Source: an uncultured Muribaculaceae bacterium
GTDB taxonomy: Bacteria > Bacillota_I > Bacilli_A > RF39 > UBA660
Direction: 5' to 3'
DNA length: 50,129 nt
Assembly (NCBI GenBank): GCA_964491535.1
Contig: CAZBGR010000003.1
Coordinates: 1-50,129 of the forward strand
Below, piece by piece: positions 1 through 8,458 of this stretch. Both the position numbers and the translations under genes were made by a program. Below the pieces are notes generated by a model. The model was not told where the DNA came from. It did not search any database and saw only the letters and a list, made by a program, of their open reading frames with translations. How positions within the stretch are numbered: position 1 is the first letter of the stretch; the number at the start of each line of letters is the position of its first letter.

Positions 1-43
1 ACCATTTTTCAATGGTTTACGAAGTTTTATAATTATAAAAGTG

Positions 44-394
44 TTAAAGTACCGGAATGCAGGTTTCGTTTGCTTTAGGGGCATAAAACCATAAAGCATG
101 AGTAGCGGGATGAAAGGCTTCACCTCGGATTACTCTTTCTGCTAAATTCTTTTCTAAAGTAGTAGCACTGCCAAAGAATAAAGGACTATTTCTTCCTGAG
201 AAACCTCCGGGATTTTGATATAACATTTCTTGAATAGTTCTGATATTAACAAAATCTAAACAATCAGCTAAAATACGATTAATACCTACATTACCAGCCA
301 TTAACATACCTAGACTACCTTCACCTACTGCTTCCGCTCTCATTAATCTAGCTAAAAGATCAATATCTTTAGTAGTATGACTTACAATACTCAT
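44..394 (-). CDS. cell wall hydrolase, SleB/CwlJ (Hydrolase_2) family, spore cortex-lytic type
   Basis: The 116-aa ORF contains LARLMRAEAVGEG...GMLMAGNVGINR, typical of the SleB/CwlJ catalytic domain. The ATG at 394 is preceded by an AGGTGA SD. Confidence 0.7.
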   Translation of the reverse strand: MSIVSHTTKDIDLLARLMRAEAVGEGSLGMLMAGNVGINRILADCLDFVNIRTIQEMLYQNPGGFSGRNSPLFFGSATTLEKNLAERVIRGEAFHPATHALWFYAPKANETCIPVL

Positions 395-433
395 CTAATC
401 ACCTATTTAAATTATATGTATCTAAAAAAAGAT

Positions 434-491
434 AATTATTGAAATTTAGAATTATCTATGCTAATATAAGAATATCTAAATTTCAATAATT
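434..491. repeat. 17-bp perfect inverted repeat (AATTATTGAAATTTAGA at 434-450, reverse complement at 475-491) with a 24-nt spacer
   Basis: Read directly from the sequence. It sits in the divergent gap between the cwlJ-like gene and tRNA-Trp and ends 9 nt before the tRNA. Confidence 0.6.
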
Positions 492-500
492 TAAATCTAT

Positions 501-574
501 AGGGGTATAGTTCAATGGTAGAATGACGGTCTCCAAAACCGTAAATGCGAGTTCGATTCTTGCTACCCCTGCCA
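501..574 (+). tRNA. trnW: tRNA-Trp (anticodon CCA)
   Basis: Hand-folded cloverleaf: acceptor AGGGGTA/TACCCCT, anticodon stem ACGGT/ACCGT with loop CTCCAAA, T-loop TTCGATT, and an encoded 3' CCA. Confidence 0.9.
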
Positions 575-774
575 ATTGAATAAATTGAGCCAAGTGTTTA
601 TGTATATAAAAAAATTGATACAAAATACATCAAGCTTTTGTTATAATTACAGGATAAATATAATTCAATGAAAGAAAAAATAAGCAAGAATTAAAGTTTA
701 GAATTCGACTTGTTTCTATGTCAAAACAAAAAACTCTCAACTTTTGGAATTTATATAAATTTTGAGGTGATAAA

Positions 775-1263
775 ATGTTGAAAATTGAGAATCCAGTGCA
801 AGAGGATGCTGAGGTTATTATTTCAATTCATAATGATTGCCTATTAGATACATTTTTCAATATTCTTGAGAGCAAAGAAATAAATAGGATAATTCTAGAC
901 ACACTTAATAGAATTAAAGTAATGAAAGCATTGATTAATGAAAGTTTAGTAAAGGTACTAAAATATGAAGGCGAAATAATTGCTTATGCAACCTTTGGGC
1001 AAGCAATTGGGAATTTTGATAATTGTGGTGAAATATATGACATATTCATACTAAAGTTGTATAGGAATAAAGGATATGGGAAGATATTATTTAAAAGTAT
1101 ATTGAAAGATTTAAAATTTAACAAAGTAATTGCTAGATGTTTTGAAAAAAATAATTATTGCAATTTTTATAAAAAACTGAATGGAAAATTAATAAAAAAA
1201 GAAAAAACGAAATATGGGGACAAGTTATATAGTGAAAATATATATGAATTTAATAACTGTTAA
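775..1263 (+). CDS. GNAT-family N-acetyltransferase
   Basis: The 162-aa ORF has an acetyl-CoA-binding motif A-like segment (YRNKGYGKILF). A GAGGTGA SD lies upstream of the ATG. Confidence 0.7.
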   Translation: MLKIENPVQEDAEVIISIHNDCLLDTFFNILESKEINRIILDTLNRIKVMKALINESLVKVLKYEGEIIAYATFGQAIGNFDNCGEIYDIFILKLYRNKGYGKILFKSILKDLKFNKVIARCFEKNNYCNFYKKLNGKLIKKEKTKYGDKLYSENIYEFNNC

Positions 1264-1473
1264 AGATCTAGGGGTTTTATTTTTCTATTATATTAATATA
1301 CTTTTATTTGTTTTATCAAGAGAATAAAAAGTTATGAAATTAGAATATAAGCTGCTAAAATTTTGCAGTTTTTTATTAATTTAAATCTTTATTATCCCTT
1401 CCTTTTTTTGTTATTTTCTGACATTATATGCTATACTTAATTATAGAATTATGACTTAATAAGGAGGTTGAAA

Positions 1474-4041
1474 ATGATTACTTCAGAAGAAATAAAAAGA
1501 AGATTATGGGCAGGGGCTAATGAACTTCGTGGTTCAATGGATGCAAGCCGTTATAAGGATTATATGTTAGGTTTAATGTTTTATAAATTTTTAAGTGATA
1601 AAACATTAGAAACATTTAAGACTATTTCAAAGAAAGATATTAGTAATAATGAATTAATTAAAGAATATAAAAAAGCTAGAGAAGAATTAGGAATACAGTT
1701 AGATAAAACAATTCAAAGATATTTAGGTTATTATATTCTTCCTAAGTATTTATATCAAACATGGGTTTTAGATATTAATAAAGGAGAATTTGAAGTTCAG
1801 AAGGTAATTGATAGTCTTCATAGTTTTGAAAGATCTATTTCCGTAGAAGATTCTCCAAGTGATTTCAAAGGATTGTTTTCTAGCTCAACAATTGATTTGT
1901 CGGATACAGCTCTTGGAAGTAATCTTAATGAACGTAGCAAAAATATTAAAGCTTTAATTCTTTTATTTGCTGATCTTAATATGGTCGCTCTTCAAAAGGG
2001 AGATGTTTTAGGTGATGCGTATGAATACCTTATTGGGCAATTTGCGATGGAATCAGGTAAAAAGGCAGGAGAGTTCTATACTCCAAGACAAGTTAGTGAA
2101 GTAATGGCTCAAATAGTAGCTAAATCATCAAATATAGAATCAATATATGACCCAACGGTAGGGTCAGGATCTTTGCTTTTAACTGTAAGTAAATATTTAG
2201 ATGAAGATAACCAAATTAAATTAAATTATTATGGACAAGAAAAAAATACTGCAACTTATAATTTAACAAGAATGAATTTAATACTTCATGGAGTAAGACC
2301 AGAGAAGATGACGATAAAGAATGGGGATACATTAGGTCGAGATTGGCCAGATGATCCAGAAAGACCAAGTGAAGGTATGCAATTTGATGCTGTAGTAATG
2401 AATCCACCATATTCGGTTAAAAATTGGAATAGAGAAGGTTTAAAGGTTAGTGATTCTCGTTTTGAAATAGCGGGAGTATTACCACCAAATTCTAAGGGGG
2501 ATTATGCTTTTTTGTTGCATGGTTTATATCATTTACATCCCGAAGGAACAATGGCAATAGTTTTACCTCATGGAGTATTGTTCAGAGGTGGTACTGAGGG
2601 AGAAATAAGACAAAGGTTAATAGATAAAAATAGGATAGATACAATTATAGGGTTACCTAGCAATTTATTTACTAACACAGGAATCCCTGTAATAATAATG
2701 ATTTTAAAGAAAAACAGAAAATTAGAAGATCCTGTTTTAATAATTGATTCATCTAAAAATTTTACTAAAATAGGAAATCAAAATGCTTTACTTGATAAAG
2801 ACATCGCTAAAATTGTAGATACTTATGAACTAAAAAGGGCAATAGAAGGTTATAGCGCACTTGCTTCAAAAGAAGATATAGTAAATAATGAATATAATTT
2901 AAATATCCCAAGATATGTATCGTCAATAAAAGAAGAAATAGAACATGATGTTGATGGGCATTTATATGGTGGGATACCAATTCAAAATATAAAGGAATTA
3001 AAAATATTAAATAAATATATGAAAGAAAGTTTATATTCTTTTCTAGACGAAATAAGACCTAATTATGTAAATTTAAATCAAGATATAGAAAAAATAGAAA
3101 AAAATTTATTAAACCATAATTTTGTTTTAACAAAAAAACAAAAATTAAATAATGAAATAAATAATTATTTAAATAAATATTTTAATATGTTAATAAATAA
3201 AACAGAAGAAAATATTAAAGAAAAAATGCTTTTAGAAATAAAAGAAATATTGTCAAATTATGATTTTATAAACAAATATGATGGATATCAAATAATATCA
3301 GAAATATGGAAAGAAACCCTATCAGAAGATAACGAAATAATTAAAGAAAAGGACTTTTATGAAACGGCAAAAGAATTAAAACCAAACATAATAATAAAAG
3401 GAACTGGAAACAACAAAAGAGAGGTTCAAGAAGGTTTTAAAGGAATATTAATACCAAATGAATTAGTGTTAAAACATCTTTATAATGAAGAACAAAATGC
3501 TTTAGAAGAAAACAAAAATAAATTAGCAGAAATAGATTCAGAACTAGATGAATTAGTAGAACAAGCAAAAATAGAAGACACAGAAGAATATAATGTATTA
3601 TTTGATTCTTTAAATAAAAATAAAGAAGGAGAACCTACAAACTCATTTAAGAAAACTGATCTTCAAAGTAATTTAAAACAAACAGAAATAGATTCAAAAG
3701 ACTATGAACTTCTATTAAAAGCTATAAACTTAATAGAAGAAATATCTATTGTTAATAAAAAAATAAATTTAAAATTAAAAGAATTAAAAATAAAAGCAGA
3801 AGAAAGAATTAAAGAACTTACAAATGAAGAAATTAATAAAATAATTTATGCCAAATGGTTTGGTAATATCAAAGAAGAAATTAATAACTTAATATTAAAT
3901 CCAATAAAAAAAGAAATAGATATATTAAAAATATTACATCAAAGATATAAATCAACAATAGATGATATAGATAAAGAAATAAATAAACTAGAACAAGAAT
4001 TCCAAAACATGTTAAATGAATTGGTGATTTCAAATGATTAA
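1474..4041 (+). CDS. hsdM: type I restriction-modification system, DNA methyltransferase subunit M (long form with C-terminal coiled-coil extension)
   Basis: An HsdM_N-like N-terminus (LWAGANELRGSMDASRYKDYMLGLMFYKFL) is followed by the AdoMet motif DPTVGSGSLL and the catalytic NPPY motif (VVMNPPYS). I prefer the ATG at 1474, 6 nt after AAGGAGG, over the track's TTG at 1468. The gene overlaps hsdS (ATGATTAA). Confidence 0.9.
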   Translation: MITSEEIKRRLWAGANELRGSMDASRYKDYMLGLMFYKFLSDKTLETFKTISKKDISNNELIKEYKKAREELGIQLDKTIQRYLGYYILPKYLYQTWVLDINKGEFEVQKVIDSLHSFERSISVEDSPSDFKGLFSSSTIDLSDTALGSNLNERSKNIKALILLFADLNMVALQKGDVLGDAYEYLIGQFAMESGKKAGEFYTPRQVSEVMAQIVAKSSNIESIYDPTVGSGSLLLTVSKYLDEDNQIKLNYYGQEKNTATYNLTRMNLILHGVRPEKMTIKNGDTLGRDWPDDPERPSEGMQFDAVVMNPPYSVKNWNREGLKVSDSRFEIAGVLPPNSKGDYAFLLHGLYHLHPEGTMAIVLPHGVLFRGGTEGEIRQRLIDKNRIDTIIGLPSNLFTNTGIPVIIMILKKNRKLEDPVLIIDSSKNFTKIGNQNALLDKDIAKIVDTYELKRAIEGYSALASKEDIVNNEYNLNIPRYVSSIKEEIEHDVDGHLYGGIPIQNIKELKILNKYMKESLYSFLDEIRPNYVNLNQDIEKIEKNLLNHNFVLTKKQKLNNEINNYLNKYFNMLINKTEENIKEKMLLEIKEILSNYDFINKYDGYQIISEIWKETLSEDNEIIKEKDFYETAKELKPNIIIKGTGNNKREVQEGFKGILIPNELVLKHLYNEEQNALEENKNKLAEIDSELDELVEQAKIEDTEEYNVLFDSLNKNKEGEPTNSFKKTDLQSNLKQTEIDSKDYELLLKAINLIEEISIVNKKINLKLKELKIKAEERIKELTNEEINKIIYAKWFGNIKEEINNLILNPIKKEIDILKILHQRYKSTIDDIDKEINKLEQEFQNMLNELVISND

Positions 4042-5242
4042 AAATATACCTAAAAGAAGATTTAAAGGATTTAATGATGAGTGGGAAGAAAAGAAATTAG
4101 GAGAAATTGGGGTGTTTACTTCGAGTGGAGTAGATAAGAAAATTAATAAAAATCATGAAGAAGTTTATTTATTAAATTATATGGATGTTTATAATAGAAT
4201 CAATTTAAATAACATTAATAAAAAACGATTAATGAAGGTTACCGCAACTAAAGAACAATTACTAAAAAACGATATTTTAAAAAACGATATTTTTTTTACT
4301 CCAAGCTCTGAAACACCTGATGATATAGGTAGAGTTATGGTTATTGAGGAAACATTAAAAAATGTAGTTTATTCGTACCATTTAATGAGATTTAGACCTA
4401 ACTCTAATGTTTTTCATTCAACATTTCCAAATTATTCTTTTGAAACAACCTGTTTCAGAAAGAATCTAATATTAAATTCACAAGGTGTGCAAAGATATGT
4501 ATTAAATAAAGATTCATTTGAAAATCTTATATCATTTATTCCTTCTCTTCTCGAACAACAAAAAATAGGTGATTTCTTTCAAAAGTTAGATAAACAAATC
4601 TCACTTTATGATCAAAAGATTAATAAATTAAAAGATCTTAAAAAGTCTTATTTAAACAAAATGTTTCCAAAAGAAAATATGTTATATCCAGAATTAAGAT
4701 TTAAAGGATTTAATGATAAGTGGGGAGAAAAGAAGTTAGGTTTGATTGCTAAAAGGTTTGATAATTTAAGGATTCCTATTACAGAATCTAATAGAATAGC
4801 AGGTACAACTCCATATTATGGTGCTAATGGAATATTAGATTATGTAGAAGGTTTTACTCACAATGGTGAATATATTTTAATTGCTGAAGATGGTGTTAGC
4901 GATTTAAACAATTATCCTGTGTATTATGTCAATGGTAAGGTTTGGGTCAATAATCATGCTCATGTTATTCAGACAAAAGAGGGTATATCTGATAATAGAT
5001 TTTTACAGTATTTATTTACAGTTTTTAGAATTGAACCTTATTTAGTAGGCGGAAGTCGTGCTAAATTAAATGCAAATATTATGATGGATTTGCTTATATG
5101 TATTCCGGTAATTAATGAACAGATTAAAATAGGTGGTTTCTTCTCTAAACTAGATTCACTTATTAATCTATATCAAGATAAATATAATAAAATAAAAGAT
5201 TTAAAAAAAGCATACTTAAATGAAATGTTTGTAAATAAATAG
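4034..5242 (+). CDS. hsdS: type I R-M specificity subunit S (two target-recognition domains)
   Basis: The ORF has the internally duplicated conserved regions typical of HsdS: RFKGFNDEWEEKKLGEIG / RFKGFNDKWGEKKLGLIA, and QQKIGDFFQKLD...LKKSYLNKMF / EQIKIGGFFSKLD...LKKAYLNEMF. Confidence 0.9.
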   Translation: MIKNIPKRRFKGFNDEWEEKKLGEIGVFTSSGVDKKINKNHEEVYLLNYMDVYNRINLNNINKKRLMKVTATKEQLLKNDILKNDIFFTPSSETPDDIGRVMVIEETLKNVVYSYHLMRFRPNSNVFHSTFPNYSFETTCFRKNLILNSQGVQRYVLNKDSFENLISFIPSLLEQQKIGDFFQKLDKQISLYDQKINKLKDLKKSYLNKMFPKENMLYPELRFKGFNDKWGEKKLGLIAKRFDNLRIPITESNRIAGTTPYYGANGILDYVEGFTHNGEYILIAEDGVSDLNNYPVYYVNGKVWVNNHAHVIQTKEGISDNRFLQYLFTVFRIEPYLVGGSRAKLNANIMMDLLICIPVINEQIKIGGFFSKLDSLINLYQDKYNKIKDLKKAYLNEMFVNK

Positions 5243-5252
5243 GAGGTATATA

Positions 5253-8200
5253 GTGAGGGAAAAACCATCATCTGAAAGAGTTTTTCAAGAGAAGTTAGTT
5301 AAAGAATTAGAAAGGTTTAAATGGGATGCTCCTGATTATTTAGATGGTAATAAAAGTAGAGTTACTGTTGATGATTTAATAAGTAATTGGAGAAAGGAAT
5401 TAAATAGGATTAATGTTGATCAATTGGAAGGTGTTTCTTTAACCGATAATGAGTTTAAACAAGCATTATCTAGGGTTAATCGAATAAGTAATAGTTATGA
5501 GGCAGCTAAGCTTCTAGCTATGGAGGGTTCAGTTGGTAAAATAGATGGTATTTATCGTGATGATAATCCTAAAGTAACTAAAAAGCAAATAACGTTGACT
5601 ATTTTTAAGAAAGCGGAAGTAAGTGGCGGAGATTCTAGTTATAAGATAGCTCGTGAAGTATGGACTTTAAACAATAATAGATTTGATTTAATTTTATTAA
5701 TAAATGGTTTGCCTCTTATTAATATAGAATTAAAAAGAACAGATAAAACTTTGGATGAAGCTTTTTATCAATTTAAAAGATATTATCGTGCTGGTGAATA
5801 TGTAAATAATTTTATGGCTTTAGTGCAGATGATGGTGGTTATGTCTGAAATTGAAACTAGATATTTCGCTACTCCTAAAACAATTGAAGATTTTAATCTT
5901 AGTTTTGCTTTTCATTGGGCGGATAAGTCTAATAAGCCAGTTAATGATTGGAGAAAAGTTGTTGAACTATTTTTAATGATTCCAATGGCTCATCAAATGG
6001 TAGGGGATTATTTAGTTATTGATGAAGCTTTAAACGAAGAAAATAGAAAGCATATGCTATTAAGACCTTATCAAGTTTATGCTCTTCAATCAGTAGTTGG
6101 AGCTGCTTTTGGTTATAATAATGATGGTGTTCCTCGTGGGGGGTTTGTTTGGCATACAACTGGTAGTGGAAAAACTATTACTAGTTTTAAAACGGCCCTT
6201 TTTTTATCACAAAGAGCGGGTTTTGATAAAGTTGTTTTTTTAGTTGATCGAAAAGAACTTGATCAAAAAACAAGTGATAATTTTAAAGCATATGCTGCTT
6301 ATGAAAATGTTATTGTAGATGATACTAAAAGAACTTATGAATTAGGGAAATTATTAAAAGAATCTGTTAAAGGGATTATAATAACTACTACTTTTAAACT
6401 AAACTATTTAGTAAAGGAATTAGAAGCAAAAGGAGATTATAAGTTACAAGATAAAAGAATGATTTTTATAATCGATGAAGCTCATCGAACTACGATGGGT
6501 CAAATGATGGGGTTAATTAAAAGATACTTTAAGAAAAACTCTTTATTTTATGGTTTTACAGGAACTCCTTTATTTGAAGAAAATAAAGCTAAAGGTAAAA
6601 TTAATGAAAAGAGTGAAGTTATTAATACTACTGAAAAATTATTTGGGCCTCTTCTTCATGAATATACTATAGATGAAGCGATAAGTGATGGAAATGTTTT
6701 AGGATTTCATGTTGATTATATAAATACGGGAGAATTTATAAGTAATGAGGATCTAAGGGATAAATTAGTGAAAAGATTTAAAGATAAAGGATTAAAATCA
6801 GATAGAGAAATTGAAAAAACATTTTATTCATTAAGTGATGTTGATATTGAAAAGGAAGCTATTAAAGAGGGTTTATTAGTTTATAATGATCAAACTCATA
6901 TTCCGGCAGTAGTATCTAGAATATTAGCTAATTGGGAAACCCAATCACAAGGAAGGTTTTTTAATGCTATTTTAACTGTGGAGTATAAAAATAGAGTTAT
7001 AAAATATTATCATGAGTTTAAAAAACAAATGAAGGAAAAAGCTATTAATTTAAATATTGTTATGACCTTTAGTTTTGGAAATGAATTAGAAGTTGATAAT
7101 GTACCTTCAGATGTTATTAAAGAAATGTTTGTTGATTACGGGAAATTTACAGGGATAGAATTTATAATGGGTGATAATAAGAGGGGAGAACAAAATTATT
7201 TTGAGGATTTAGTTGAGCGCTCAATCCATGGTGGAAGTTTTCGAAATGAAAGGAATATTGATTTATTAATTGTTGCTGAACAATTGTTAACGGGATATGA
7301 TTCTAAATATTTAAATACTTTATATGTTGATCGTGTTCTTCAACTTCAAGGATTGATTCAGGCTTATTCAAGAACTAATCGTATTTTTGGTAGAAATAAA
7401 GAGTTTGGAAGTATTGTAAACTTTTTATATCCTAAAATAACTGAATCATTGGTAAAGGATGCCGTAAGATTATATGGTAGGGGCGGAACAAGTACCAGAA
7501 CAATTGTTGATCATTATGAGATAGCAGTAGATAAGTTTGCAATAAAAATAAAGAAGTTAAAAGGTATTTTAATGGAACCTTCTGATTGGGCTAATATAAA
7601 AAATACTGAAATAGAAAACGCATTTAAAGATGCTTATAAAGAGGCTAATAATCAATTTAATTTAGTTTCTCAATATTATGAATATAAATGGGATGATAAA
7701 TCTTTTGGGTTAAGTGAGCATGACTGGATGAAATATACTGGAGCATATAAAAATTTATTAAATGATGAAGAAGATGAGGAAACTTTAATAATTGAACAAT
7801 TGATAGGAACAACTAAAATTTCTGGAGTTCAAATTATTGATGCTGAATATATTCTTAATTTAATTGGGACGAAGATAATGGAAGAAAATAATTTACAAGT
7901 TTTAGATGAAGAAACACTTAAAATTGTTTATGAACAAATTCAAGAATTAAGTGATATGGGGAACCATGAGGAAGCAATATTATTACGGGAATTTGTTGAT
8001 ACTCAAATAATGGGAGGTAAAGATTTAAAAAATGAAAGGTTTGATGAACTGTTTTGTTTTTGGAAAAAAGGTAAACAGTATGAAGAAATATTAAAGTTTT
8101 CAGAAAAATGGGGTCTAAATGATGAATTGTTATTAAAGTCGTTTGAGGATTATTCATTATCAGAACCTGATTTAATTCCTCGTATTGAAGAGCTTATTAA

Positions 8201-8315
8201 ATCGGTTGATTTTGATAAGGCACAAAATCAAGAAGCTGGTTCAATTTTAAAACATAATGTGAAATTAGTAGAGGAAGTTCCTAAATGGATGAAGGAAATT
8301 AAAAGAAAATTTTAG
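5253..8315 (+). CDS. hsdR: type I restriction endonuclease subunit R (SF2 helicase/translocase-nuclease)
   Basis: The 1020-aa ORF carries Walker A HTTGSGKT and the DEAH box IIDEAHRT. It starts at a GTG 6 nt after AGGAGG and lies in an operon with hsdM and hsdS. Confidence 0.9.
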   Translation: MREKPSSERVFQEKLVKELERFKWDAPDYLDGNKSRVTVDDLISNWRKELNRINVDQLEGVSLTDNEFKQALSRVNRISNSYEAAKLLAMEGSVGKIDGIYRDDNPKVTKKQITLTIFKKAEVSGGDSSYKIAREVWTLNNNRFDLILLINGLPLINIELKRTDKTLDEAFYQFKRYYRAGEYVNNFMALVQMMVVMSEIETRYFATPKTIEDFNLSFAFHWADKSNKPVNDWRKVVELFLMIPMAHQMVGDYLVIDEALNEENRKHMLLRPYQVYALQSVVGAAFGYNNDGVPRGGFVWHTTGSGKTITSFKTALFLSQRAGFDKVVFLVDRKELDQKTSDNFKAYAAYENVIVDDTKRTYELGKLLKESVKGIIITTTFKLNYLVKELEAKGDYKLQDKRMIFIIDEAHRTTMGQMMGLIKRYFKKNSLFYGFTGTPLFEENKAKGKINEKSEVINTTEKLFGPLLHEYTIDEAISDGNVLGFHVDYINTGEFISNEDLRDKLVKRFKDKGLKSDREIEKTFYSLSDVDIEKEAIKEGLLVYNDQTHIPAVVSRILANWETQSQGRFFNAILTVEYKNRVIKYYHEFKKQMKEKAINLNIVMTFSFGNELEVDNVPSDVIKEMFVDYGKFTGIEFIMGDNKRGEQNYFEDLVERSIHGGSFRNERNIDLLIVAEQLLTGYDSKYLNTLYVDRVLQLQGLIQAYSRTNRIFGRNKEFGSIVNFLYPKITESLVKDAVRLYGRGGTSTRTIVDHYEIAVDKFAIKIKKLKGILMEPSDWANIKNTEIENAFKDAYKEANNQFNLVSQYYEYKWDDKSFGLSEHDWMKYTGAYKNLLNDEEDEETLIIEQLIGTTKISGVQIIDAEYILNLIGTKIMEENNLQVLDEETLKIVYEQIQELSDMGNHEEAILLREFVDTQIMGGKDLKNERFDELFCFWKKGKQYEEILKFSEKWGLNDELLLKSFEDYSLSEPDLIPRIEELIKSVDFDKAQNQEAGSILKHNVKLVEEVPKWMKEIKRKF

Positions 8316-8323
8316 GCTTTAAG

Positions 8324-8354
8324 AACAGTTACTTAAAAGAGTAACTGTTTTTTT
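8324..8354 (+). terminator. intrinsic terminator of the hsdMSR operon
   Basis: A 10-bp perfect stem AACAGTTACT/AGTAACTGTT with a 6-nt loop is followed by a T-run. Confidence 0.7.
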
Positions 8355-8458
8355 ATTTAAAATTATTAATAAAGTTTTATAGTGATGTTAAATATATCTT
8401 TTTTTTGTTATAATAGAAGAGGTTTAAAATTAATCTAAAATGGAGGGTGAAATAATTT

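Noticed and set aside
1-43. A further minus-strand gene might start at the left edge, since the complement of CAT at 3-5 gives an ATG. In Bacillus a gerQ-like partner lies downstream of cwlJ.
   Set aside because: Only one codon is visible and there is no clear SD, so it cannot be supported from this window.
6138-6143. A G6 homopolymer lies in hsdR, which is unusual in AT-rich DNA and could be a phase-variation tract.
   Set aside because: Six residues is below the length that usually gives appreciable slippage. The tract encodes the conserved region just before Walker A (PRGGFVW), so it is explained by the coding requirement.
8316-8458. I looked for an attachment-site repeat of the tRNA-Trp 3' end that would mark the distal border of an integrated island.
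   Set aside because: I could find no copy of the tRNA 3' segment (…GATTCTTGCTACCCCTGCCA) or a substantial part of it in this interval, and there is no integrase gene. The island hypothesis therefore remains contextual only.
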